IMG/VR virus record: IMGVR_UViG_3300045988_159421 | Origin: a virus | Strand: one strand, 5' to 3' | DNA: 64,000 nucleotides | Shown here: piece by piece, positions 1 to 9,990 of the stretch | Layout of the letters: each line of letters begins with the position of its first letter | Position numbering within the stretch: position 1 is the first letter of the stretch | Position numbers and translations under genes: made by a program | Notes under the pieces: generated by a model | Seen by the model: only the letters and a program-made list of their open reading frames with translations | What the model was told of the DNA's origin: nothing | Databases searched by the model: none

Positions 1-236
1 ATTTTTTTTGATATCTTCCCGCTTATACCACTGTTTATTAACTCTATACTATCATCATAAAGTTTATGATATTTTGAAAAAAGTTTTAATGTTTCACTAT
101 CACTTAATACTTGATTTTCTTCAATATTAGAATTTTCTATAGCAACACTACTTTTTTTATTAGTTATTGCACTAATTGCAGCAATTATTATAGCAATACT
201 TAAAAAAGCTATTATTACAATAAAAATGTTTTTCAT
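1..236 (-). CDS. partial ORF running off the left edge; small protein with an N-terminal hydrophobic anchor or signal-like segment
   Basis: ATG at 236-234. My translation MKNIFIVIIAFLSIAIIIAAISAITNKKSSVAIENS... stays open to position 1. Absent from the supplied track because it is truncated. Confidence 0.35.
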   Translation of the reverse strand, partial: MKNIFIVIIAFLSIAIIIAAISAITNKKSSVAIENSNIEENQVLSDSETLKLFSKYHKLYDDSIELINSGISGKISKK

Positions 237-302
237 ATTGGACCCCGAGTTTCTTCTCATGCTATATTCCCCCCTATAATAATATTATAGTACAAAACAT
301 AA

Positions 303-947
303 CTATTGTCTTAATAATTCTCTAGGATCTTCACCTTTCAATAGCATTTCTGTTATTAATGCTTGTTTTTCCTTTTCCTCTAATGACTGAGGTAAAGCAT
401 AAAGTTTTTTCATTTTTCTATAGAAATTCTTTTGTTGTTTATCTTGTATCTCAGATAAATCAATACTTCTATATTCTAATATTTTTATGAATTTACAATC
501 ACTTGATAAAGAATTAAATAATGCTTTAAATTTCCACCAGTGTAATCCTTCAATATCTTGTAAATCAATGTGATAATCATGCATAAATGCACTATAAATA
601 TAAAAATCATCATGTTCAAAGCTATAGATAGTTTCATTTTTACTAGAGTTTCCACTTTCTTCTGAATCTTCGTTAGTACTAATAATTTCTTTTCCACACT
701 TATAAAATAATAACATTTCTTCAACAAATTGATTAATATTATTATTATTAATATATTTAATTGTATCTATTTCATAACCATAATATAGTTGTAGAGCTTC
801 ATTTGATTTTTCTTTTTCACTAATATTATTATTTAGCATTAGTTGTTCAAATAAAATAGAAGTGCGAAAATCCCAGTTAATTGGATATCGCACTCCTTCT
901 ATTTCAACTTCAATAGGTAAAAAATCGGTTAAAATATTTATACTCAT
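303..947 (-). CDS. tail-assembly region protein (second chaperone-like ORF downstream of the tail tube gene)
   Basis: 214-aa ORF. Its start abuts the stop of the upstream ORF at 947. It sits where siphovirus tail chaperones lie. Call is by position only. Confidence 0.4.
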   Translation of the reverse strand: MSINILTDFLPIEVEIEGVRYPINWDFRTSILFEQLMLNNNISEKEKSNEALQLYYGYEIDTIKYINNNNINQFVEEMLLFYKCGKEIISTNEDSEESGNSSKNETIYSFEHDDFYIYSAFMHDYHIDLQDIEGLHWWKFKALFNSLSSDCKFIKILEYRSIDLSEIQDKQQKNFYRKMKKLYALPQSLEEKEKQALITEMLLKGEDPRELLRQ

Positions 948-1375
948 TAGTTATATTTTTTCTTATTTCTTTCAATAGCTCTACGTTGTTGTCTATTAAG
1001 AGAAATTTCTTCCTCTCCGAATACTTCTTCAGAAATAGTAGTAACAGATTTTAATTCTGTTGCAAATGCTTTATCTTGTTCTAATTTAGCTTTTGTTAAT
1101 TCTTTTATAGCTGCGGTACATTTCATTAAATTGCATTTACCTGAAAAAATATCATAGGTTTTTTCATCTCCGAACAATTCTTCAAATAAGCTAATTATAC
1201 TTTCACAGTATTTTCTAGCACTTTCAACAGAAAAATCTTTATCATCTTTAAATATTTCTGATATTTTATTGTTTGTTTCTGAAAAAACTGATTCAAAAAA
1301 TTCTTTTTCATCTAAATCTAAAAAATCAAATTCTAATTCCACACCTAATATATTAAATTTTGTATAATCGTTCAT
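947..1375 (-). CDS. tail assembly chaperone-like protein
   Basis: Acidic 142-aa ORF immediately downstream of the putative major tail gene. Call is by gene order. Confidence 0.4.
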   Translation of the reverse strand: MNDYTKFNILGVELEFDFLDLDEKEFFESVFSETNNKISEIFKDDKDFSVESARKYCESIISLFEELFGDEKTYDIFSGKCNLMKCTAAIKELTKAKLEQDKAFATELKSVTTISEEVFGEEEISLNRQQRRAIERNKKKYN

Positions 1376-1397
1376 ATTTTAACCTCCCTAATTTTAA

Positions 1398-1925
1398 TTA
1401 ATTTACAGTATTTTCTTTAGCAGTATTACTTTGAGTTGCTGCTTGAGTTGCTGTAAAAGTCTTTGTTTTAACATTAAAAGTTCCTTGTACAATTTTCCCT
1501 TTTGCATTTAAACTACCTTCGACTTTTAATTTTTCCCCACCGTCACCACTGAATTTAGAAACTTCATTTGAAACTCTAAATTTTCTTGCTTGATAAGTTC
1601 CTTCACTTCCTGAGACAGGATCATACATATCTACACGAACGAAATCTCTTTCTGCAGCTGTTCCTACTTCATGATTTCTACCAGTTGACCATAAATTTTT
1701 AATTCCTTTTTCATCTGGTATCATTTCAGAGACATAAGGGAATTTTGTTTCATATTTTGTTACAGAAGAAGATGTAGTTTCATCGTTTATGTAACAAGTT
1801 GTATCAATTTGTGCACCAGGTTCTTCATCTAAACTTTCAAATCCATATCCTAGCAATACCCATTCTTCCTCTTCGCTAGTACTGATGTTTAAATAATCTG
1901 CAACATCTTTTCTAATTAATGCCAT
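1398..1925 (-). CDS. major tail (tube) protein
   Basis: 175 aa, follows four small neck ORFs after the capsid gene, with a good RBS. Size and position are typical of a siphovirus tube protein. Confidence 0.55.
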   Translation of the reverse strand: MALIRKDVADYLNISTSEEEEWVLLGYGFESLDEEPGAQIDTTCYINDETTSSSVTKYETKFPYVSEMIPDEKGIKNLWSTGRNHEVGTAAERDFVRVDMYDPVSGSEGTYQARKFRVSNEVSKFSGDGGEKLKVEGSLNAKGKIVQGTFNVKTKTFTATQAATQSNTAKENTVN

Positions 1926-1938
1926 AATATCAAACCTC

Positions 1939-2388
1939 CTATTCTGCTCTTTTTTCGTAAACCAATTTCATTTGAATAACATAAATTGCTTTATTTGCAC
2001 TCATTTGCTCAACGTAACCATGAGTCAATACTTTTATTTCTTTCGCCTTTAATGGATAATTTAATTCCGGTAAGATTCCTTCATTATTCTTCATTTCTAC
2101 CCATTCAGCTAATTTTTCATAAAAACTGATGTTTTTCTCGTTGTTATATGCTTCAACACTTTCTCTACTAGTAAAATCAAAAATTAATTGCCTTTCTGTA
2201 GAACCATCAATATAAGATTTTAAAATAGTTTCCGAAGGCGAACCATCTACTGAGTAAGTGCCTATTTCATCACCTATGTAATCAGCAGAAATAGGAGATT
2301 TATCGTCTATTAGAGGGCATTTTAAGAAAAAATCTATTATTTTATCTGTAATAGTTCTATTTTCTATTTTATCTAAACTAATTGTCAT
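1939..2388 (-). CDS. neck / tail-completion protein
   Basis: 149-aa ORF overlapping its upstream neighbour by 4 nt. Lies in the head-tail joining block. Confidence 0.4.
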   Translation of the reverse strand: MTISLDKIENRTITDKIIDFFLKCPLIDDKSPISADYIGDEIGTYSVDGSPSETILKSYIDGSTERQLIFDFTSRESVEAYNNEKNISFYEKLAEWVEMKNNEGILPELNYPLKAKEIKVLTHGYVEQMSANKAIYVIQMKLVYEKRAE

Positions 2389-2756
2389 TTACTTACTTTC
2401 CCTCCTATTGTATTTGCAATTTCATTTACTATTGCATCTCCTTCATTAACCCACATACGATTTATCCATTGTTTACCTCTTTTTCCACCACGGTTTAAAC
2501 CCTCTCTACCCATACCTCTGTTAGTATAAAAGTTAATAGCGGCATATGATTTTGTTCCACCATGATAAGCAGCATATACAATGCTTTTTCTATTTTCTCG
2601 AGCAGTATTTTTTAAATCTCCTGATAAATAAGGTACGTATGGGTCAGCTTTTGTTCTTACTAGGTTTACGAGTTGTTTTTGTGCTCTATCTAATTTACTT
2701 TTGTCATAGTCTATATTAACAGTAACTTTTGCTTTTAAAGTTGCCATTTTACTCAC
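2385..2756 (-). CDS. head-tail joining (minor capsid/neck) protein
   Basis: 123 aa, translationally coupled on both sides. Basic C-terminus. Call is by position. Confidence 0.45.
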   Translation of the reverse strand: MSKMATLKAKVTVNIDYDKSKLDRAQKQLVNLVRTKADPYVPYLSGDLKNTARENRKSIVYAAYHGGTKSYAAINFYTNRGMGREGLNRGGKRGKQWINRMWVNEGDAIVNEIANTIGGKVSK

Positions 2757-3180
2757 ATCCTAGCTCAAAGTGTTTTGTTAATTCACACTTAGTAACATTG
2801 ATGATTTTAACTACATCATCATAGTTTTTTTGAATATCATTAAACTCTTGAGAATTTGTAATTTCAATGTCATGTATTCCTTTTAAGAGAATATCTTCTC
2901 CTTCGTTGAATGTATAATAATTACTTTTATCTTCAAGTTTACTAAATTTTTTAGGACCTATGTAAGTTTTACCTTCATAAGTCCCATAATTTACAAAAAC
3001 TAATATTTTATTATCTATATCCGCAGATGAACCGGTTGTCTTTAAAAATTTCACTCCTGTAGCTTGTTGCCAATCGATACCCGTTAAATAAGTTCGGTGA
3101 TAAATGGGTTTTCGATTTTCATCTAAAGATATATTGAATAAAGTTGCACTGTCTTCGTTATATCCGAACACATTTACCAC
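2749..3180 (-). CDS. head closure / neck protein
   Basis: 143-aa ORF in the connector block, overlapping its neighbour. Confidence 0.4.
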   Translation of the reverse strand: MVNVFGYNEDSATLFNISLDENRKPIYHRTYLTGIDWQQATGVKFLKTTGSSADIDNKILVFVNYGTYEGKTYIGPKKFSKLEDKSNYYTFNEGEDILLKGIHDIEITNSQEFNDIQKNYDDVVKIINVTKCELTKHFELGCE

Positions 3181-3522
3181 CTAACCTCTCAATTTAACTA
3201 CTGCTACAGGTAAAAGTTCCTTGATCTCGTTAGTTATATCATAAGCACCGCTAGAACTAACACTTTCATCAAATGTAGTTTTCTTATTTCCTTGAGAAAT
3301 TGATTTGACACCTCTCACACTTGAATAATTAACTGCATTAGAAATTAAAAGAAACAGAGCAGGTTGATACTCTGTTTCTAATTGTTCAGCTGTTATAGTT
3401 CTATTAAGTCTATTCTTAAAATAAAGTAATAGCTTTTGAGTAGCAAGTTGTTTATGAATGACTAAACTTGATTCGCTTTCGTTAGGAAACTTTTCTTGTA
3501 ATATAAAATCCAAGTTAGCCAT
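3181..3522 (-). CDS. head-tail connector (adaptor) protein
   Basis: 113 aa, first neck gene after the capsid region, directly abutting its neighbours. Confidence 0.45.
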   Translation of the reverse strand: MANLDFILQEKFPNESESSLVIHKQLATQKLLLYFKNRLNRTITAEQLETEYQPALFLLISNAVNYSSVRGVKSISQGNKKTTFDESVSSSGAYDITNEIKELLPVAVVKLRG

Positions 3523-3768
3523 TTAAAACAACTCCTTTAAAATTTTAACTAAATCTGATTTTGTCAGTGTTGTATAGCCTTTAACTTTTTTTTCTTTAGC
3601 TAAATTCTTTAACTCATTATATTTTAAAGAATCTAAATCTATTATTTCGGATTTTTCCTCTGAGTTGTCGATATTTTGAACTAATTCATAACCTTCAGCA
3701 ATATATTTTTTTGCCTGTTCTATGGTTTCTACTGTTCTATGAACATTTTCTTTTTTTATTTCAAACAT
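3523..3768 (-). CDS. small protein with a Rho-N/SAP-like C-terminal motif
   Basis: C-terminus LKYNELKNLAKEKKVKGYTTLTKSDLVKILKE resembles the Rho N-terminal/SAP helix-extended-helix motif often found after phage capsid genes. Confidence 0.45.
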   Translation of the reverse strand: MFEIKKENVHRTVETIEQAKKYIAEGYELVQNIDNSEEKSEIIDLDSLKYNELKNLAKEKKVKGYTTLTKSDLVKILKELF

Positions 3769-3780
3769 GAAAGAATCAAA

Positions 3781-4740
3781 CTAACGACTTTCAGATTGAG
3801 TAGGTTTTGCATCTTTTATATTAGCATATACCCCCTCTTTTTTGCTTTCTAATACCCATAAATCATGGTATCTTCTGTAGTCCATAGCCCATGCATTTGC
3901 ACTTTGGTTAGTTTCAGGGTCAAATATTCTCATGATATCTTGTTTAGTTACTGCTAAAGGTAAATCTAAAGGCATGATTAAAAAGTTAACATCTAATCCA
4001 GAAGTTGCTTTAATGTATCCGCCAGTAGTTTGACCACTAGTCGAACCATCATATAATTGTATTGCACTGTATAATCTATTTTGTGGAACTGGTATAATTG
4101 GGCATCCATCAATAGCTGGAACTTTAGTGTTTATTCCACCTTGAGAAAAAGATACAGATGCTAATTTACCTAATGCAGCTTCTTCTATAGCTAGTTGTGT
4201 ATCATAGTTACACATAATAACTAGTGTTCCATTATGACATTTTTCTCTTAATGTTTTTATACCTTTTTTAATTTTAGCTATAACAGTTGAATTTGCTACA
4301 GTATATCCATATTCTACATTTTCATCATTAGCTACACCCATAGCAGTTGTTGCTAATTTACTTAATCTATAAGCATCTACTTCAGGTATAACTTTAGTTC
4401 TTTGAAATTCACCCATGATTGTTGTTGCTGTTAATACAAAGTTAGTTTCATCAACATCTTGAGAATCTATTTGGAATTTACGTCCTCTATCTTGTGTCAT
4501 TGTGTAAGTTTTGTATTCGTATTTGATAGATCCTTTAGTATATCCGCTATCAGCTTGTCTGTCATAGTTAGCAAGTCCGTCCATTGATAATTGAGGTATT
4601 TTAACTTCTTTACCACCTTTATATTTAACTTGACCTGCATTGGCATCCATCCAGCCTGTCAATGATTCATGTACCATTTGTTTGTCTAATGCATTTTGTA
4701 AAATTTGAGCATATGATATTGTGTTAGCCATGCTAAACAC
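3781..4740 (-). CDS. major capsid protein
   Basis: 319 aa, directly downstream of a coiled-coil scaffold-like ORF and upstream of the neck genes. Confidence 0.65.
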   Translation of the reverse strand: MFSMANTISYAQILQNALDKQMVHESLTGWMDANAGQVKYKGGKEVKIPQLSMDGLANYDRQADSGYTKGSIKYEYKTYTMTQDRGRKFQIDSQDVDETNFVLTATTIMGEFQRTKVIPEVDAYRLSKLATTAMGVANDENVEYGYTVANSTVIAKIKKGIKTLREKCHNGTLVIMCNYDTQLAIEEAALGKLASVSFSQGGINTKVPAIDGCPIIPVPQNRLYSAIQLYDGSTSGQTTGGYIKATSGLDVNFLIMPLDLPLAVTKQDIMRIFDPETNQSANAWAMDYRRYHDLWVLESKKEGVYANIKDAKPTQSESR

Positions 4741-4758
4741 CTCCTAATTAATTTATTT

Positions 4759-5445
4759 TTATGACAAGCCTAAAATTTGATTTACTTGAGCTTGAACAGG
4801 ATCAACAGAATCTCCATTTCCACCACCGCTAGGATTAAACGGATTATTTGTCATATCAGTTTTAAGGACTTCTTGTCCGTATTCACTAAATGCATTAGCT
4901 AATTTATCTATATTCTGTTTACTGATATCCATATCTTCACCAACTACAAACTCTAAGAAATTTTCGACTTGTTTTGGATATTTCATTTCTGCTAGATAAG
5001 TACGACTTTCTTTGATTCTACCTTCATGAGCTAACTTAGCTTCATTCTCTGCATTTTTCTTTTCTGTTGCAGCATTTTTTTCTTCCATCTCTTTAAGTCT
5101 TGTTTCCATAGCTTCCATTTGTTCTCTTTGAGCCTTTTGTTCAGGAGTTTCGTGTTTTGGAGCAGTTGCCTTTTTTATTTCACTTTCTATAATTCCTGGC
5201 ATCTTTTTAGTTTTAAAACTTTCAACTCCTTTAGATACTGCACTGTCTAATTGAGATTGGTTATATCCTTGTATTGCTTTATTTGTTTCAAGAATATTTT
5301 TATAATCTTCAACAGTTAATTTATTTACATCAAAAGGTATTTCTTTAACTTCTGCTATTCCATCAATCCCTTTTAAAATTTCAGTAACATCGGCAGTTTC
5401 ATCTATATCGTTTAATTTTTCTAACAAATCTTTTTTGATTATCAT
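4759..5445 (-). CDS. capsid scaffolding protein
   Basis: 228 aa, charged with a helical/coiled-coil middle (EQKAQREQMEAMETRLKEMEEKNAATEKKNAENEAK). Immediately precedes the capsid gene. Confidence 0.6.
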   Translation of the reverse strand: MIIKKDLLEKLNDIDETADVTEILKGIDGIAEVKEIPFDVNKLTVEDYKNILETNKAIQGYNQSQLDSAVSKGVESFKTKKMPGIIESEIKKATAPKHETPEQKAQREQMEAMETRLKEMEEKNAATEKKNAENEAKLAHEGRIKESRTYLAEMKYPKQVENFLEFVVGEDMDISKQNIDKLANAFSEYGQEVLKTDMTNNPFNPSGGGNGDSVDPVQAQVNQILGLS

Positions 5446-5552
5446 TGTTTACCTCTTTCCCCATGAAGTACTAGCCCTCATAGTATTTAAATAAGAATTT
5501 AGTCCCTCGGAGTACTAGCCCCCAAAGTACTTAGTTTACCCTCGTTTCGGAG

Positions 5553-5578
5553 CATAAAAATAAGCCCTCTCGGGCTTT
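5553..5578 (-). terminator. intrinsic terminator after ORF 5581..5934
   Basis: Minus-strand AAGCCC-GAGA-GGGCTT hairpin followed by ATTTTTAT. Confidence 0.6.
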
Positions 5579-5580
5579 TA

Positions 5581-5934
5581 TTATCTTGTTAATTTATATA
5601 TTTCAGTCAATATTGTATCTGTGATATATTGACTATGCACATAAGATTTGTGATTATACTCATTTATCTTATCGTTGTATAATTGAGCTAACTCAAACCA
5701 ATCTGCATTTTTACACTTTGCTTTGTTGAATATACTGGCTGCTACTTGGCTTTTTGCTTTATCCTTAGTGAAACTTTTATATATGAAAGTATAATAATTT
5801 TCATCATCTTCAGATAAATAATAAGTAGTACCATTTAATTTTAGTTTCTTTAAAGGTTTCTGTTTTGGTCTTTTTATTACTTTAACTTCTATAGCATCAC
5901 AAGGTAATGATACAAAATCAAATAATTTTTTCAT
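5581..5934 (-). CDS. hypothetical phage protein
   Basis: 117-aa ORF followed by a terminator. No recognisable motif. Confidence 0.45.
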   Translation of the reverse strand: MKKLFDFVSLPCDAIEVKVIKRPKQKPLKKLKLNGTTYYLSEDDENYYTFIYKSFTKDKAKSQVAASIFNKAKCKNADWFELAQLYNDKINEYNHKSYVHSQYITDTILTEIYKLTR

Positions 5935-6194
5935 TTAATCATTCTTTATGTAATTTCTATTTATTTCCAAAGATATAAACTATCAAGGGACTTTTTACAA
6001 GTACCTTAGAATTGATTTTAGAAGGTTGAATTATGTAAACCTATCTTCTATTTCTTTTCCATTTAGTCTTTTTACTTATTCCTTGCATTCTTCTTACATA
6101 ATTGCTAAAACTTTCTGACATCCAATCAAACGGAATCATGTAATTCACCTCCCCTGCTTTAGATAGTCCTAATAATTGTTTTATATCAAACATA

Positions 6195-6461
6195 CTATTC
6201 CTTCTTTCTTTCTATCAATTCTGCTCTTTTTATATTCAATCTTACTACATAAACAATACTAAGTATTGATAGAACAATACTTGCTATCCAGTCTATAGCA
6301 TTTGATAGATGTATATGAAGTATTGCTAATACTATTGAAAATATTGTGTATGCTAGAGCGTATACTCCTACAAAGGCATATATGCCTAAAAGGAAATCAT
6401 AATCTTCTTTTCCATACTTATTTTTGCTCAACTTTGTAATTCTCCCATTTCTTATAAGCAT
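6195..6461 (-). CDS. small membrane protein
   Basis: 88 aa with two hydrophobic helices (LLGIYAFVGVYALAYTIFSIVLAIL and IASIVLSILSIVYVV). Confidence 0.4.
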   Translation of the reverse strand: MLIRNGRITKLSKNKYGKEDYDFLLGIYAFVGVYALAYTIFSIVLAILHIHLSNAIDWIASIVLSILSIVYVVRLNIKRAELIERKKE

Positions 6462-6684
6462 CTATGTACATTTCTTTTTTATCTCCATTGTATGTACATT
6501 CATAATACATTCCGTCAAATAAAGTTGTACTTAATAATGCTTTGTTATTTTGTAAAACTTTAGCACACCAAACCATAAACACGTCATCTTTTGTTATTTG
6601 CTTGTTATCTGATTTATCTAAATGATTATTCGTATATTTTACAACTTCATCTTTACACCAATCTAAAAATTGTTGTTCGTTCAT
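6418..6684 (-). CDS. hypothetical phage protein
   Basis: 88-aa ORF, co-directional with neighbours. Confidence 0.4.
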   Translation of the reverse strand: MNEQQFLDWCKDEVVKYTNNHLDKSDNKQITKDDVFMVWCAKVLQNNKALLSTTLFDGMYYECTYNGDKKEMYIDAYKKWENYKVEQK

Positions 6685-6848
6685 AAATTTCTCCTTTTAT
6701 CTCTTTTTAGGTATTTCTTATAATATCTTTTGTAATAAGGTGAGTTTTCACCATATGTTGCTAAATTAAATAAGATGTTTGGACTTATAACCCAGCCCAT
6801 TCTTACTCCTATTTTAAGTAATAAATCTTTCATGTTGCTCCTTCAATT

Positions 6849-7106
6849 CTATAGCTTAACTATTTTCCCATCTTTTAATGTATATCCTGTTTTACCTGAA
6901 TTTCTAAAATCATATATTTTATAAGCTTCTATGTAAACTTCGTCACATATACCAAGTTTAACAGCTAAATCTTTTATAACTAATGCATGGTCTGTACAAT
7001 AAGCAGCCATATCTTTGTCATTTTGTTTATAATAAAATTTATCTGCTTTCTTTTGTGTTTTAGCCATTTCTTGAGCAAATATATTTATAACTTCTTGTCT
7101 ATCCAT
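6849..7106 (-). CDS. hypothetical phage protein
   Basis: 85-aa ORF, co-directional with neighbours. Confidence 0.4.
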   Translation of the reverse strand: MDRQEVINIFAQEMAKTQKKADKFYYKQNDKDMAAYCTDHALVIKDLAVKLGICDEVYIEAYKIYDFRNSGKTGYTLKDGKIVKL

Positions 7107-7115
7107 ATTATCCTC

Positions 7116-7430
7116 CTAACAACCTATTATATTTATTCCGTATGCTTTTGCTATTTCATATTCTATTTTACATCCTCTTGCTTTATCCCAACCTTCTCCG
7201 AGATATATCATATCTGCTTGAGATAATAGTTGTATTGATTTACCTAAGTACCAAACTGGTATATGTTTATTAATTTCTCCAGGATAATCTTGTAAAAACG
7301 AATCTATAAATTCTATTTCTTCGTTTATTTTGGTTTCTATATCTTTTTTTATTTCACTTCTTTTTTCTAATATTTCTTCATCGGTTAATCCTCTCATTGG
7401 TTGAGATATAAATACTTTTTTCATTAACAT
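7116..7430 (-). CDS. DUF4406 / nucleoside 2-deoxyribosyltransferase-like protein
   Basis: N-terminus KKVFISQPMRGLTDEEI and C-terminal GWDKARGCKIEYEIAKAYGI resemble that fold family. Recognised from memory only. Confidence 0.35.
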   Translation of the reverse strand: MLMKKVFISQPMRGLTDEEILEKRSEIKKDIETKINEEIEFIDSFLQDYPGEINKHIPVWYLGKSIQLLSQADMIYLGEGWDKARGCKIEYEIAKAYGINIIGC

Positions 7431-7437
7431 TCTCCTA

Positions 7438-8193
7438 TCATCTTATAACTATAAAGTAACATTTACAGAAGTTGTGCTGTGGTATTAAATCATAAGCTTC
7501 TTCAGCAGTTAAAATAGTACCATGCATACTTTCACAATCACTGCATGTTCTTTCTTCTAAAACTGAACAATACATAAATTTTTTATCTTTATTACAATAA
7601 ATAAAAATATCATTTGCTATTCTACTAAGCTCAGATATCAATATTCCTCTTGCTCTTTTTCTACTCATCTTTTGTCTTTGTGTTAGCCATGATGCAATAT
7701 TGTATAAATTCTTCTTGTTATAAGCTATTTTCAATCTTTTTTTAGTTCGATTATTTATTTTAGCCATATTGCTTTGTATTCTTTGCTTATACGTTTTACC
7801 TTCGTATTTTCTATTTAATATTTTCTGCTTTTCTTCATTGTCTACAAAATATCCAAAATACTCTACAATTTCTTCAAACATTTCATCAAAGAAGTTATCT
7901 ATTAAATCTTCAAGCCATTCATCTTCGTTATTAAGCATTGATAGAACTGATATAACAAGAAATCTTTCAGCGCTTTCGTAATCTTTTGATGTTTTTTCTA
8001 TTTGATAAGCAAAATTAGCAGTTTCCATTAACTCTCTAATCTGCTTATCTGTTTTATTCATCTTTTTAAGATATTTTTCAAGTTCCTGTTCGGCCTGATT
8101 ATATGCTTTTTCCATGAAACTTTTAGTTTCTTCAGCATTTCTATTCTTCGATGTTTGTTTCTGTGTGTTGGTGTTTATCGCCATACAATTCAC
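7438..8193 (-). CDS. head morphogenesis protein (SPP1 gp7 / Mu F-like)
   Basis: Directly downstream of the portal gene. C-terminal Cys/His-rich CSDCESMHG...PQHNFCKCY is typical of this family. The true start is probably internal, since the 5' end overlaps the portal ORF. Confidence 0.6.
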   Translation of the reverse strand: MNCMAINTNTQKQTSKNRNAEETKSFMEKAYNQAEQELEKYLKKMNKTDKQIRELMETANFAYQIEKTSKDYESAERFLVISVLSMLNNEDEWLEDLIDNFFDEMFEEIVEYFGYFVDNEEKQKILNRKYEGKTYKQRIQSNMAKINNRTKKRLKIAYNKKNLYNIASWLTQRQKMSRKRARGILISELSRIANDIFIYCNKDKKFMYCSVLEERTCSDCESMHGTILTAEEAYDLIPQHNFCKCYFIVIR

Positions 8194-9553
8194 CTAAACT
8201 TTCATCTTCCCTCTTCATTTCTTCTTCATATTCTCTTGCAATTTGTCTTTGTTCAGCATCTAAATCTACTATAAATCCAAATCTACTTGATGCTGTTCTC
8301 TTAGAAATAACTCCAGGAGGAACTTGACTAAGCATTTGAGCTGTAGCTAAATCATCTTGAGGAATATTTGCAGTATAAATAATTTTTATTTTTTTCCAAT
8401 CAAAATTCTTTGCTTTAAAGTAATTTATATAATTACACCAAAATTTCAATCTATTTGTAACTATATTTGAGTGAGCATTTATTTGAAGGGCACATTTATT
8501 TTCCAGTGCTATTAATCTACTTCTAAGTGTAATTCCGCTTAAATTTGATTGTAATCTTTCGTTATGATTTATATGACAACTTATTTGATACATATCGTCT
8601 TTATATCTATCCAGTGTATTTTGCACAAAAGTATCGTTAATTTGCTTAATTAACCATTGAATTTTACCTTCTTTACCTACCATTAAGATGCCTTTTTTCT
8701 TCATTTCTAAAATTGGATCTATTTTCGTTTCTTCTCCAGTTTCTTCATCAACAACTATTTTTTCTTCTTCAAATTCACAATCTGTCATAACCATATATGC
8801 GTTTCTAAAGTCTGAAATTTCATTTCCTAAGTCAGATAAATTAGTTTCATAAGCATCTTGTAATCCCTTTAAGTCTTTATATAAACTATCTTCTGTCAAT
8901 TCTTCAGTTAATTTTCCTACAGAAACAGGTATTATACCAAATCTATGGTTTGTTGGAGGTTCAACTTGGTTAAACTCTCTGTCTAAATGATAAATACATT
9001 TTTTTGTATAAACATCTATATGATAAACATCTACATCTAAATGTTCTACTTTCACATCCATATAAAATAAAATATTATCATATTCATCTTGATATGCATA
9101 TCCTGTTAAAGGAGTCGAAATAATGCTTTTAAATCCTTCTTCATCATATCGATAAATTTCAAACACTTTTGTAAATATAACCATGTATTTCATTAAGTCA
9201 CTGTCATGATTTTTATTCCATAAAGCCATAGTTGATGTTAATTCATCCAATAAACCTGGTTGTTCTTTACTTTCATAAGTAATAGGATTTCCTACAGTAT
9301 AAGAGACCTCTTCCTTTACAAATTTTTTGAAAAAATTTGTATTTACTTTTAAATTCGACCTTTGTGTAATTGTTTTGTAGTCGGCCATAGCATCTGTATT
9401 GCCTTTATAATAGTCATACATTTTTTGATATTTATGTAAATCAGACTCGAAACATTGATACATATATCTGACAAAATTTAAATGATCAGGGATATTCAAA
9501 TCTAAAGTCATTCCTTTTTTTAGACCATCTACGATTTCTGCTATAGTCTGCAT
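8141..9553 (-). CDS. portal protein
   Basis: 470 aa, located between the terminase and head-morphogenesis genes, with an acidic C-terminus. Confidence 0.65.
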   Translation of the reverse strand: MQTIAEIVDGLKKGMTLDLNIPDHLNFVRYMYQCFESDLHKYQKMYDYYKGNTDAMADYKTITQRSNLKVNTNFFKKFVKEEVSYTVGNPITYESKEQPGLLDELTSTMALWNKNHDSDLMKYMVIFTKVFEIYRYDEEGFKSIISTPLTGYAYQDEYDNILFYMDVKVEHLDVDVYHIDVYTKKCIYHLDREFNQVEPPTNHRFGIIPVSVGKLTEELTEDSLYKDLKGLQDAYETNLSDLGNEISDFRNAYMVMTDCEFEEEKIVVDEETGEETKIDPILEMKKKGILMVGKEGKIQWLIKQINDTFVQNTLDRYKDDMYQISCHINHNERLQSNLSGITLRSRLIALENKCALQINAHSNIVTNRLKFWCNYINYFKAKNFDWKKIKIIYTANIPQDDLATAQMLSQVPPGVISKRTASSRFGFIVDLDAEQRQIAREYEEEMKREDESLGELYGDKHQHTETNIEE

Positions 9554-9990
9554 TATTTTCGGCCTCCTTTTTTATTTATATAATTATTCTTAGTTTTACT
9601 TTTTTTAACTTTTATTAAATCTTCAATAAATTTTATATATTTTTCATCATTTGAAACTCTTGCATGACTTTTAAGTATATATAAGTTATTCGTTTTAGGT
9701 TTTCTTTTGTAAATTACATTTTTTATTACTATTTCTGCAATAGTTCTAGAATTTAAATGAGAATGACCATTTTCCCATTCTTTTTTCGTATTATATACAA
9801 TAAATCCAATCTTTTTGTTACTTTTTACTTTCAGTATAATAAATTCCTTATTTTGGTATATTTTTTCCGACTCGGTATAATTTGTTTTATTCCAGTTCGG
9901 TTTTTCTTTCATTAAACTTTCAGATTCCCATAATTCTTTAGGAACATCATAAACACTTATAACTTCATCGATAGGCTTATATTTTTTCAT
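9553..9990 (-). CDS. hypothetical protein inserted between terL and the portal gene
   Basis: Basic 145-aa ORF abutting both neighbours. No motif recognised. Confidence 0.4.
   Translation of the reverse strand: MKKYKPIDEVISVYDVPKELWESESLMKEKPNWNKTNYTESEKIYQNKEFIILKVKSNKKIGFIVYNTKKEWENGHSHLNSRTIAEIVIKNVIYKRKPKTNNLYILKSHARVSNDEKYIKFIEDLIKVKKSKTKNNYINKKGGRK

Noticed and set aside
1-236. Left-edge partial ORF as the start of the tape-measure gene expected after the tail chaperones
   Set aside because: The N-terminus is a single hydrophobic anchor followed by polar low-complexity sequence, unlike tape-measure proteins. It is separated from the chaperone-like ORF by a 66-nt gap. The visible portion is too short to decide.
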